DNA of 64,000 nucleotides from Octopus sinensis (Eukaryota), in NCBI RefSeq assembly GCF_006345805.1, contig NC_043002.1, positions 100,378,001 to 100,442,000 of the forward strand, in the 5' to 3' direction. Below the pieces are notes generated by a model. It ran no database searches and was not told the origin of the DNA. It saw only the letters and a program-made list of their open reading frames with translations. This document shows positions 1 through 11,557 of this stretch, piece after piece; position 1 is the stretch's first letter, and each line of letters begins with the position of its first letter. The translations under genes were made by a program, and so were the position numbers.

Positions 1-252
1 ATATATACATTAGCATGTAGTGATATTTTTCTTCGATATATGCCAGCTTATATATGACAACTTGCAGTATTTCAAAATTTTCTACAAACATTTAACCAAA
101 TAACGATGTCCATTTTTATACTACTGAAAAAAAGTATTGCCATAGTAAAAGATATTCCACTTTACATAATTAGAAAGAATTATTTAGAATTTCTGGAAAG
201 ACAGACAGGAAAACAGTGTATGTGAGTCTAATCCCTTTTCTTTTCTTCTAAG

Positions 253-356
253 GATGCACCAAATAAATGGGCCGGGAAATTACCTCAGGCAGCTTTAACA
301 ATTCTCCACCAGCATGCTATACAAGGTGATGTCACTGATATACAGCAAGCAATCTG
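253..356 (+). CDS. Probable internal coding exon of a host gene ([34 protein letters not shown]); weakly ankyrin-repeat-like
   Basis: Polypyrimidine tract plus AG (cccttttcttttcttctaag|) and donor TG|gtaagt; 104 nt open in phase 0; non-repetitive. TILH..A..GD resembles the ankyrin TPLHxAAxxG motif. Gene identity not recognised. Confidence 0.5.
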
Positions 357-449
357 GTAAGTTAATATCAATTTTCCAATGTGTGTACCTAAACATAATA
401 TATCTTTCATATTTGTATATTTTATTACACCGTCATATAATTTACCTAA

Positions 450-1614
450 TCTCTCTCCATAGAAAATTATTTCTTTGTCTGTCTGTATGTCTATCTGTCT
501 GTCTGTTCCCTATGCATTCTCAAACAGCTCCACCAAATCAAATCAAATTTTACAAGGTAATGATATTAGACCCCACGTGTGTTAACATGTAATCTTTATT
601 TTCATTTGGATTAAAACAATATAACATTTTATCTAAAATAATTCTTCTATAGTCAACTATAGTAAAGGACAGTTTATACCACGACGACACACTTCGTATA
701 TGAGCGCGTATGTGTCTGTGTGTTTGCGCGTTCGTTACATTTAATACCACGATGACGACAACACACTTTGTATATGAGTGTCTGTGAGTGTGTGTGTGTG
801 TCTGCGCTTTCGTTACGCAAATTTGTCTCTGTGTGTCTGTTTTAGTATATGTATGTGAGTGTATGTGAGAGTGTATGTGTGTGTCAGTGTATGTGTGATT
901 GGCAGTTACACTGATGTAAACAGGCTATGTGAAAAAGCTATACTGGCTCCAGCTAATGAAATGGTCGATGAATTCAATCATGAACTTCTTCAAAAGTTAA
1001 CAGATACATGAGGAATTACTTTTCCATCAATTCACACAACAGTCGATCAAGATCAGGTTGTTCAATACTCTGTTGAATTTCTGAAAACACTTTAACCCAC
1101 GAGGATGCCACCGCATAACATGACACTATAGCTGGATGCTCCCATTATGTAGCTTAGAAATCTCGACCCACTTCGCTTGTGTGATAGAACCCGCTACAGG
1201 CAGCAATCATAATTTCCTCTCATACCTACATATGTTCCATTTGAATTGGAGCGGCTTCACTTTCCAGTGAAACTAAGCTTTAGTATTTCAACTAACAGAT
1301 CTCAGGGACAATCCCTCGACGTAGTTGGACTTCATCTTTCTATTACATGCTTCTCCTACGGCCAACTCTGTGTCGGTTGCTCACGAGTTGGAAGCAGCAG
1401 CAATTTATTACACAATGGATATTGTTTACCTTGAGGTGCTTCAAGGTTTACGGATTTTCAACTCTAAATTCTATTATCATTACAATTTGTATATTCTAAA
1501 ATAAAATACTGATATTTTGAAATAATTATGAGAAAAAATATATATTCATATTTCTTGTTTATTAATCTGAATAAGAACAGCAGTAACCCGGGCAACGTCG
1601 GGTAATTCAGCTAG
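450..1614 (+). mobile_element. Helitron, internally deleted, with PIF1-helicase remnant
   Basis: A|TC 5' end; 3' hairpin cccgggcaacgtcggg followed by CTAG|T at 1611-1614; helicase remnant inside. Confidence 0.85.
922..1434 (+). pseudogene. Helitron RepHel C-terminal PIF1 helicase fragment (stops and frameshifts)
   Basis: Translates as KAILAPANEMVDEFN..VEFL..MPPHN..LRNLDP.RLC and FPVKLSFSISTNRSQGQSLDVVGLHL..CFSYGQLCVGCSRV, which are typical PIF1 motifs. Confidence 0.9.
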
Positions 1615-2006
1615 TACATTCTAAGCAAAAACTTAGGGATGTTTAGTATGCACATGAGAAACATAAATATCATCATACATTTGAATAGGCTCGAAGAACG
1701 ATACGACATTATTTTAATCCTCTCATGCAAGAATGCATTCAGAATATTTTTATCTTCTTGAAAATATCATCACTAATGATACAAGTGTTTCCTCGTGTCG
1801 TTTTACTAATCTGCCGACAAGGTATAATATCTTAAAGTAGGGATAGGAAGTTTCTTCAAGTATCCATTTGTCGCTACTATTCTAAGTCAATAACATGAAT
1901 TCATTGAATGATTTTAAGGGGTCTACAGCACAATCTTTCGATTTGTCATTTATCCAACAGCTTTACATTTTATCTACAATTAAAGAGCATAAAGCTTTAA
2001 AAGTCA

Positions 2007-2313
2007 ATAGGTGCAGGCGTGCCTGTGTGCTAAGGAGCTTCTACGATAGCCCTGGGCCAACCAAAGCTTTGTGAGTGAACTTGGTATACGGAGACTAAAA
2101 GAACACGTTGTATACATATACTGTATGTGTGCGTGTGTGTGTGTTTGTGTGTGTGTTTACCTTCCCGTAGCCGAGTGGTTCGGCAAACAAGAGCTAAACA
2201 ATAAGTACCAGGCTTTCAAAACATAAGTACTGGGATGGATTTATCCCTCTGAAAACTCTTGTAGGCGGTGCCTCCACATGGCCGCACTGAAATGACTGAA
2301 ACTATTAGTAAAA
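2007..2313 (+). mobile_element. Octopus-type tRNA SINE family A (degraded)
   Basis: Similar to the intact copy at 28067-28480 (ggttcggcaaa..aataagtacc..ggcggtgc..catggccgca..aaatgactgaaac). Confidence 0.75.
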
Positions 2314-2416
2314 ATGAATACGTTGAAATCGCACGCACACATGCACACATACATACATACATACATACATACATACATACATACACACACACACATACAT
2401 ATATATACACATATAT

Positions 2417-2521
<105 letters not shown>

Positions 2522-2530
2522 CATACATAG

Positions 2531-2583
<53 letters not shown>

Positions 2584-2643
2584 TAAAACATTATTGGTGA
2601 ATTGAAGAAATGGAGCTGAACGCAGATTGAACAGAAATCGTTT

Positions 2644-2737
2644 TATTTCATTCTACACGTGTTTCGAAAGGCACAAATTACCAAAATCCGATTGAATAAT
2701 GGGACCATATTGTGTCTTTCTCTTCAGGAAGAAAATA
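2644..2737 (-). ncRNA. Hammerhead ribozyme (inverted-arm copy)
   Basis: Reverse complement of 4221-4312. Confidence 0.85.
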
Positions 2738-3278
2738 GGAAATCCGTTGGAAAAAAAAAACAGAACAGAGGCGGAGCAAAAACAAATCGAACTATGCTCC
2801 TAAGAGCCCATGGCGAAACTGTTTATCAGTGTATGTTGAGAACCGGTGGCTGAAGAATTAACGGGTCAGGCATCGGTCAATGATGTGGGTGAGGGTGTGT
2901 GGGTGTTCTTTGTGACCGAGAATAAAGTTCTGACTATTTAAGGAATATTGGATGTTTTATAAGGGGCGAGAAAAAATCTACTTAGAGACGTGTGTGTGTG
3001 TATACTGTTCAATATATGTGTGTGTTGGCGTAGGGGTAGAAAACATTTTTTGTGTACGTGTGTGCGTTTGATCGTTCGGCTGTCAGTGGCTACTGCCGCG
3101 AGAACCGTTGGGTGGCAGAAAAAAAATATATATATTATGTTTTATGTGTGTGTGTGTTCATCTAAGCCTGCCTTGTCAAGGAAACCCCCAGCTGTGAAAA
3201 AACCAAGCCCCGTTTGTCTAACAGGAGTAATTCCCCTTGCAGTGGTTAATCGTAGATATCTTAAAGGCTATTTCAGAA

Positions 3279-3635
3279 TACCAATGCAAGGTTTACACGG
3301 ACTCAGATGTCTTCACTTATGTAGGGGCCTCATCCTCAAGATTGTCTTTGCGTGTCTCCAACCATTACGCAACTTTTCGGGACATGAACAAGCGCCAGAC
3401 CACGGGACTCAGTAAGCTATTATGGCGACTGAAGGATACGAACTTAAGCTACAGGCTGGAATGGTCAATTTTGTCGGTGGCCCTCCCATTTGATAGGGGC
3501 AGAAGGCAGTGCAACCTTTGTGTCTCCGAACTCTTCCATATTTTGTTAGCCAGAGGCCGGATGGTAAACGGGCTTTCACAGTCGGCTTTTCGATGCCCCC
3601 ATTGGCGGCGTTACACTTATCTGGCTTTTAAATAG
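3279..3635 (+). CDS. PLE GIY-YIG endonuclease C-terminal domain, 5'-truncated but uninterrupted
   Basis: YQCKV..TYVGAS..RVSNH..TGLSKLLW..LEWSIL..CNLC.SE..I..VN..CPH. The first 14 aa of the listed ORF 3237-3635 derive from the inverted arm. The CxxC...CxH layout recalls Naiad-type PLEs (from memory). Confidence 0.85.
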   Translation, partial: YQCKVYTDSDVFTYVGASSSRLSLRVSNHYATFRDMNKRQTTGLSKLLWRLKDTNLSYRLEWSILSVALPFDRGRRQCNLCVSELFHILLARGRMVNGLSQSAFRCPHWRRYTYLAFK

Positions 3636-4220
3636 CGTTTATAAATAATACCGGCACCCATAGCCCTTGGTAAAAAATTCTGAAATAGCCTTTAAGATAT
3701 CTACGATTAACCACTGCAAGGGGAATTACTCCTATTAGACAAACGGGGCTTGGTTTTTTCACAGCGGGGGGTTTCCTTGACAAGGCAGGCTTAGATGAAC
3801 ACACACACACATAAAACATAATATATATTTTTTTTTCTGCCACCCAACGGTTCTCGGCGGCAGTAGCCACTGACAGCCGAACGATCAAACGCACACACGT
3901 ACACAAAAAAATGTTTTCTACCCCTACGCCAACACACACATATATAGAACAGTATACACACACACACGTCTCTAAGTAGATTTTTTCTCGCCCCTTATAA
4001 AACATCCAATATTCCTTAAATAGTCAGAACTTTATTCTCGGTCACAAAGAACACCCACACACCCTCACCCACATGATTGACGATACCTGACCCGTTAAAT
4101 TCTTCAGCCACCGGTTCTCAACATACACTGATAAACAGTTTCGCCATGGGCTTTAGGAGCATAGTTCGATTTGTTTTTGCTCCGCCTCTGTTCTGTTTTT
4201 GTTTTTCCAACGGATTTCCT

Positions 4221-4312
4221 ATTTTCTTCCTGAAGAGAAAGACACAATATGGTCCCATTATTCAATCGGATTTTGGTAATTTGTGCCTTTCGAAACACGT
4301 GTAGAATGAAAT
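4221..4312 (+). ncRNA. Type I hammerhead ribozyme, intact core
   Basis: tttcttc-CTGAAGA(4230)-gaaagacacaa...ttgtgcctttc-GAAAC acgt GTA(4303)-gaatgaaa; stem III ACACGTGT is palindromic. Confidence 0.9.
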
Positions 4313-4520
4313 AAAACGATTTCTGATCAATCTGCGTCAGCTCCATTTCTTCAATTCACCAATAATGTTTTAATTTCAATTATCCGCACCAACGCACGGT
4401 TGCAACACCATATGGTTGTACCTCCAACCGTGCTGTTTACTGCTGTGATTTTTGCTACTAAGGTATCGGTTAAACTTTTGATTAATCTACTACAAGATTA
4501 TCATCTTTCTATTTCACATA

Positions 4521-4554
<34 letters not shown>

Positions 4555-4821
4555 CTTAAATTTATTTACAAGTACGGCCTAGTGATGTTTCTAACAGTAA
4601 CTGATCTACACAACCGATTATACCAAAAATATCAAAAGGAATCTATAGGTCAGACTAGCTTATATGGGTACATTAAAGGACAAACTAAATATAGCATTAT
4701 TCTTCATATCACATGAGTGTTATTGATAATCACGTTTGTATTCAGCTCTCAGAGATATACTGCCTTATCATTGTGTGACAAACACAGCGGTGTTACGTTT
4801 GGATTTTGAATAAGATATATA

Positions 4822-4854
<33 letters not shown>

Positions 4855-4879
4855 CATACATATATGTGTGTATGCATGC

Positions 4880-4934
<55 letters not shown>

Positions 4935-6297
4935 TGTGTGTATGTATGCATGTATATATTTATTATATATATATATATGTATATACATATATGTGTGTAT
5001 GTATGTATATATATATATACATATATATATATGTGTGTGTATGTGTATGCTTGTCTGTGAATATGTGTGTGGGTTGTTGTATATTATATATATATATATA
5101 TATATATATGGAAGCATCCCGATCAGAATTCTCGACCCGTAATATACAGATGCTCAATTAACTCGTCTACGACCCCTTCACTTAGTGTATACGTTGCCGA
5201 GTATTCCACAGACAAACTATATCCTTAATGCAGTTTTCAAACAGAATCATCGAAAGTGTCACGATTTCGGCACTTGGATCACAGGTATGATCTATCCGAT
5301 GTGCGTCTACACAATTTACATTTGCCTAAGTTTACTGAAAATGCATAGGTTGACTAGAGATTGTAGCAAATGGCAATTTTACTAGCTTCTACGCAGTAAA
5401 ATTGAAATGCGAAGATTATATCTGTGAAGTGAATCTCTTAAACGTATGTCAGTTTTATATCTTCAAACTTATGTTTTTCAAAAGAAATGTACGATAGACC
5501 AACCTGTGATTATTTTGTATGTGTCTCGTCTCTGGCGTTTGAAAATTTGCTCTTATTATAGTAAGATTATGATTGAAATCTCCTTCAGTTAAGAAAGTGT
5601 TCGGTTGGATGAATCTGATTATAAAGTCAGGGGATCTTGTGATGATATGAAAACTTTCGCCAAAGCCTGAGGCTATCTTAGGCCAGTAAACGTTTTACTA
5701 GACAGTATGTCCACGAATAAGTCCACTTGATATTTGGACGACATTTTCACTAAAATTACAGGCCTTGAAATTACGGTGAATACGTTATGTGTTGGTATGA
5801 ACTAAAATATGGAAGATGAGCTAAATTCAAACAGCTTACTCTTGTGTACATGATAGAACGTGTTCTGTGTGGGAATAGAGTAATATATGTTATTACAGCT
5901 TATCTTGTTGTGATTAATAACTTTTAATAAACATACTTTCTTCATTTACATGTAATTGATCGGTGGTTTTGTTGGAATTTAGATTAAGTGGGAAGACGTG
6001 GAATTTGGGTGATATTTTTCTTTTTGTTTTGCTGTAGAATCTATTTGATAAATGGATAGCGTATATGTTACCCTTGAATATTGAGTTTGTTTCTGAGGAT
6101 AAAGTTGCTTGTGTAAACTTTGCTACAACTAATCTAAACATACTGTAATGTTTAAACCCCAGATTTGACATAAAAACAGCATTACCTCAGGCCCTTTCAT
6201 ATCACAATACTTTTGAAAATCAATAAAATTAGGGAAAAGAGTTATGTAAATGTAAATAGATCTATATAAATACTACAAATACATATTCAATTTCTTT

Positions 6298-6369
<72 letters not shown>

Positions 6370-6804
6370 CACAAACACACAAACCGCTGTTTTTTCGCTT
6401 AGCAACCTCAGTTCCCTCACCTATTAAAGTCTATAACTGAAATTAGATTCTGCAATTAATGTTAGCTAAATAATTGTGAACAAAATAAACAAAATGAAAC
6501 AATTATAAAAGTATATATACCACAATAGTTCCGATTCACGAGTTCTTGATATTATGCATGTGAATAGTATTTAAAATTAATAAAAATACATTGTGTGATA
6601 TAATTTTCTGGTTATCATGTTTTAGGTTAGCACAATGGATTCAATTTGAAATCTACTGATACACAGTTTTTCTCCGGGAATATTTTAAGCAGAGCGATCA
6701 CATAATAGCATAGACATATTAACAGGGAAATTATTTATATCGTAACAATTGTTGCCACTATAACATAGCTGTTCTATGCAGAACTGTGTTATTACATTTT
6801 GACC

Positions 6805-7105
6805 CCAGGAAAACGCTTCTCTCTTCACTCCTTCGCGCCACATGGGCTCAACTCCCCTCCCCTCCCCTCTTCATCTCCCTCCCTCCTCTCCTCTCTTGCC
6901 CTGGCACCTACGTCGTCTCTTCACTCCTACCCACCTTCTTGGCAAGACAGATAGACCACGGTTTCTGAGTCATCGGTACTGGATATCTGTCTGCTAGATA
7001 TGGCAGTCAACCATCCCTACTCACAAGATATAAACAGAGAAGCGGCAGGCAATACGGATCTCGTAAAGGGCAAAAGTAGCTAATTCTGAAATCTCTAAAC
7101 GTGAT
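6805..7105 (+). mobile_element. Decayed PLE 3' end (end of GIY-YIG, SFAPHGLNSPP, plus C-rich UTR)
   Basis: The PxGLN motif ends many PLE endonucleases; similar to 32670-32780; abuts (TA)n. Confidence 0.5.
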
Positions 7106-7141
7106 ATAAATATATATACATATATGTGCATATATTATATA

Positions 7142-7182
<41 letters not shown>

Positions 7183-7183
<1 letters not shown>

Positions 7184-7389
7184 AAGGAAATGAAGAAAAT
7201 GCTGACAAATAATTGAAGTAATTTAAGTAATTTAATTAGGTGAAAGTTCTTTTTACCGGTTGCGCATTTGTTATGCTTATCAAAATATTTTGATAAGCAT
7301 AACAAATGCGCAACCGGTAAAAAGAACTTTCACCTAATTAAATTACTTAAATTACTTCAATTATTGTCAGCATTTTCTTCATTTCCTTT
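7183..7389. repeat. Near-perfect ~205-bp palindrome between (TA)n tracts, with a decayed HHR in each arm
   Basis: Zero-loop centre caaaat|attttg (7286/7287); ttgataa-gcat aacaa atgc-gcaac cg gta is CUGAUGA/GAAAC with substitutions. Confidence 0.85.
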
Positions 7390-7427
7390 TTTATATATCA
7401 CCACTCGTGTTCGACATCTCCTTTTTT

Positions 7428-7465
<38 letters not shown>

Positions 7466-8036
7466 AACGCGTATGTATTACAGCTCATCATTCCCATTAT
7501 GTTAACTGCATTTTGTCTAGCCACACACTTCCAGCCAAAGTAAATAGAAAAATCATTTCATCTGCCTTTATCATATTTTGCTGCAAGTCTAAAACTTACA
7601 TTTTCTCTATAAAGAGCTAACATTAAAAAAAAACTTATGACACTAAAACACAGTAACAAGTAAAGAAGACTTCTACATTTTATATTTTATTATATATTTT
7701 ATTCGACTGGTTTCCTTTGTCCAATTAATCTAAATTTTTTTTTTCCTAAATTATCTGTAGAAACAATGTGCTTTGTGTGAATATATTCTGCTAGTGTCTG
7801 AATGATGACAATTTTTGTTGTGTATTTTTTTTTAAAATCGATTTCTAAATCCTATAGAGGTTATCAATTAGTGACAGCAATTTGCTGGAGTTTAAGGAAG
7901 ATTAATGTCCATTTTAGAAAGCGATAAAAACATCTTTGCTGAAGTTGATAGCTTCGGCTTTTAGAGTGATATATGTATATGGGTGTATGCCTCTTTCTCT
8001 CCCTCACTCTCCCTCTCTCTTTCACTATCTATCTGA

Positions 8037-8077
<41 letters not shown>

Positions 8078-8231
8078 CATATGCATACATACATACATAT
8101 ATTCATACATACAAACATACATACATACATACATACATACATGCATACATACATACATACTTACATACATATGAATAAACTGATAAGTATGTATGTATAT
8201 ATATATATATATATTCTATATATATATATAT

Positions 8232-8263
<32 letters not shown>

Positions 8264-8289
8264 TAGATAGATAGATAGATAGATAGATA

Positions 8290-8601
8290 TGCTGAGACCC
8301 TCTTCGGTCATGACTGACCATGGGATTGCATCTAGATAGTTACCTTCCCAGGCATAAGTCCGGGCAAGGTTGTTTTATGGAAGACCTAGAGTTGGCCATG
8401 CATACCGCCCTCCCCACTGCATGCCACCAGCATTATCAAAGGCAAAGGCCGATACAGCTTGGCACCTCAGCTGAGTGAATTGGAGCAACGGGAAATAAAG
8501 TGCCTTGCTCAAGAACGCAACACGCAGCCCGGTCCCGGATTCGAACTCACACCGTCACGATCGTGCACTCGACGCTCTAACCACTGAGACATGCGCCTTC
8601 A
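8290..8601 (-). mobile_element. tRNA SINE family C
   Basis: A/B boxes (tcagtggttagagcg, gagttcgaatcc) and a ttcttgagcaaggcacttt central motif on the minus strand. Confidence 0.8.
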
Positions 8602-8614
8602 CGTATACATACAT

Positions 8615-8650
<36 letters not shown>

Positions 8651-8941
8651 GGAAGGATATTTATATGCAAGTATATAGTAATGCATGTATGTGTATGTAT
8701 GTATATAGGTATGTAGGTATGTATGCATGTATATATATGTATATATATACACATATATGTATGTATATATATATATGTATATATTATATATGTATATATA
8801 TATATATGTATATATATATATGTATGTATAATATATATGTATATATATATGTGTATATATTATATATAGTGTATATATATTCATATATATATGTAAAGAT
8901 GCCGAGTGCTGGGAACACAAAAAGGTTACCGATAACTTTAA

Positions 8942-9018
8942 CAACTCGTACCGCGTTTCTGCTTCTTTCTAGCAAAACACAGAATATGTTTGCTAAGGCC
9001 AGCTTCATCAGCGAGTCG
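8942..9018 (-). ncRNA. Hammerhead ribozyme (inverted copy, 1-nt deletion in stem III)
   Basis: Reverse complement of 9316-9393. Confidence 0.8.
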
Positions 9019-9315
9019 CCTGAATTTAATCGAGGTCTGCAGCGATGTGGGACTATATGTTACACCCGACTACTAGCAGATCTTAACTTTTCAAATCTCT
9101 GCGCAGACGCAAAATTTACACGGGACCTGGTAGTAAATAATATTACTACCCTTCTTGTTTATATTCGCATACTACATGATGAATTTATTCGTAAAATCTT
9201 CCCGGCATGCCCGTGTAAATTTTGCGTCTGCGCAGAGATTTGAAAAGTTAAGATCTGCTAGTAGTCGGGTGTAACATATAGTCCCACATCGCTGCAGACC
9301 TCGATTAAATTCAGG

Positions 9316-9393
9316 CGACTCGCTGATGAAGCTGGCCTTAGCAAACATATTCTGTGTTTTGCTAGAAAGAAGCAGAAACCGCGGTACGAGTTG
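9316..9393 (+). ncRNA. Type I hammerhead ribozyme, intact core
   Basis: cgactcg-CTGATGA(9323)-a gct..tagcaaa..tttgcta..agc a-GAAAC cgcg GTA(9386)-cgagttg; 7-bp stem I; stem III ACCGCGGT is palindromic. Confidence 0.92.
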
Positions 9394-9706
9394 TTAAAGT
9401 TATCGGTAAACGTTTGATTTTCACTCTCGATAAATTCATCCCCTTTTTGTGTTCCCAGCAACTCGGCATCTTTATTTAGGAGCCTTAATTGTATAACTAC
9501 ATGAATAATATTTTTCTATATGAATAATATTTTGTTCTTATGACTAATTCGTCTTTTGTGCTGGGCACCTGGTAGTAAATAATATTACTACCCTCTGTTT
9601 ATAATATATATATAGATATATGTATTATATATATATGTATATATATATGCTGTATACTATATAATATATATATATATATATATTATAATATATATATATA
9701 ATATGA

Positions 9707-10194
9707 AGAAGGCCATGCCTGTCGGAATTGCATGCATGTTTACTCATCATGCATGTGTGCTCTTTCAATCACTTTTCAGTAAATGAAAGATTGTATTCAG
9801 TGCACAGAGCAGCAAAGAGGCTGATTCTCACTAACCACGCCAGATAAAGAGTACACATATCTAACAGACCAGTGCAGTAATATAAACCAGTAACATCTTT
9901 CCTTCAGTAACATTCAAAGAAATTATGGGGAACTCGCTGGCAGTACATTCATAATACCGATACTACTAGTATCTGCATCTACTGAAATGAAGTGTCTGAT
10001 AAAACACGATTTCTTTGCTTCAGAATTCTTCAGAAAACACAGGTAGTAAGTCACTCTTTATCTAGCGTGGTTAGGGAGAATCAGCCTATTTGCTGCTCTG
10101 TGCACTGAATACAATCTTTCATTTACTGAAAAGTGATTGAAAGAGCACACATGCATGATGAGTAAACATGCATGCAATTCCGACAGGCATGGCC

Positions 10195-10198
<4 letters not shown>
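9707..10198. mobile_element. Fold-back element with ~145-bp inverted arms, inserted in (TA)n
   Basis: Arms 9707-9852 and 10053-10198; possible decayed HHR ctgaaaa-gtgatt-gaaagagcac at 10126-10148. Confidence 0.75.
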
Positions 10199-10231
<33 letters not shown>

Positions 10232-10317
10232 TGCATACATACCTACATACCTATATACATACATACACATACATGCATACATATATACCTACATATAAAT
10301 ATCCTTCCTCATATATG

Positions 10318-10361
<44 letters not shown>

Positions 10362-10363
10362 CA

Positions 10364-10533
10364 TGAAGACGCATGTCTCAGTGGTTAGAGCGTCGATCGT
10401 ACGATCGTGAGGGTGTGAGTTCGAATCCGGGACCGGGCTGCCTGTTGTGTTCTTGAGCAAGGCACTTTATTTCCCGTTGCTCCATTTCACTCAGCTGAGT
10501 TCCGACGTCACAGGTGCCAAGCTGTATCGGCCT
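10364..10533 (+). mobile_element. tRNA SINE family C (inverted duplicate of 8446-8601)
   Basis: A/B boxes; matches the reverse complement of the 8446-8601 copy, and the match continues into the flank. Confidence 0.8.
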
Positions 10534-10960
10534 GCATCATTGGCAGTATCACTTCATATGTCTATGCCAGATATTAAAACGGGGAGGATCATCACTCAAC
10601 CAAAGAGAAGAAGTATTATTCAGTTATTGTTGAGAATTCTAGTAAAATAGCGTTCAAGCAGAAGATCATATATGGCTTTCTGCATTTGCGCAGCATCTTG
10701 CTTCTTGACAGTTGTGTCTGTTGTTTAGTCTTACGTCACGTCAGTCGATCCTATTCGACAATCTATCATGCCTTGGGCAATGAGAATCGGCTTTATTTGC
10801 GAATTATCAACAAACTGAATTCCGTCACAGAGTACTCCGGTACGAGCACAGTTGTATGGCCTTATGTCTTAATATTTATAAATCCGAGAAACTCTGAGCG
10901 ACAAACGAGGTGTTGATAAATTAATTCCACACCCACACAACACACACACACACATATATA

Positions 10961-11004
<44 letters not shown>

Positions 11005-11387
11005 ATATGTATATATACATGTATGTATGTATATATGTATATATACATGTATGTATGTATATATGTATATATATATATGTATGTATGTATATATGTATAT
11101 ATAATATATGTATGTATGTATGTATATATATATATGTATGTATGTATATATGCATATATATATATATGTATGTATATATGTATATATATATGTATGTATG
11201 TATATATATATATACATGTACATACATATTTATACATACACACACACACATACACACACACATACACACACTCATATATATATATATGGTTAATCCAAAC
11301 ATGAAAGCACAAAGAGAATACACAACCCGAGGACGTGGAACAAGTATAGTGTTATTGGACGCCCAGGAAAGGAAAGAAAGAAGGAAG

Positions 11388-11422
11388 ATTTAACGTTTCG
11401 AGCGGAGCTCTTCGTTAGAAAT
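11388..11422 (-). ncRNA. Minimal HHR in a ~210-bp TA-flanked element (11288-11497)
   Basis: attt-CTAACGA-a gagc tcc gctc-GAAAC GTT-aaat; one core substitution; palindromic AACGTT. Confidence 0.75.
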
Positions 11423-11525
11423 ATAGGAAAAGGAAAGATAGATCCAAGGAAGGGAAGACGGAGGAAAAAGATCGCCAACAATACACATGCGGTCACATAT
11501 TAATATATATATATATATATATATC

Positions 11526-11557
<32 letters not shown>

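Larger units (their letters stand above)
2584..4520 (+). mobile_element. Penelope-like retroelement (PLE), 5'-truncated, with inverted pseudo-LTR
   Basis: About 695-bp inverted arms (2584-3279 and 3677-4372) around a GIY-YIG ORF remnant; one HHR in each arm; (TA)n on both sides. Confidence 0.9.
8894..9603 (+). mobile_element. Non-autonomous HHR retroelement (retrozyme/pLTR-like) with inverted 5' arm and terminal direct repeat
   Basis: Inverted arms 8894-9124 and 9210-9474; direct repeat acctggtagtaaataatattactaccct at 9125 and 9567; flanked by (TA)n. Confidence 0.85.

Noticed and set aside
2795-2835. cctaagagcccatggcgaaactg as an extra hammerhead
   Set aside because: Core is not CUGANGA, the cleavage position would be G, there is no stem I, and it lies antisense to the real HHR.
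2990-4005. Twin ORFs 2990-3415 (+) and 3628-4005 (-) as duplicated genes
   Set aside because: Antisense translations of the PLE 3' UTR in the two inverted arms.
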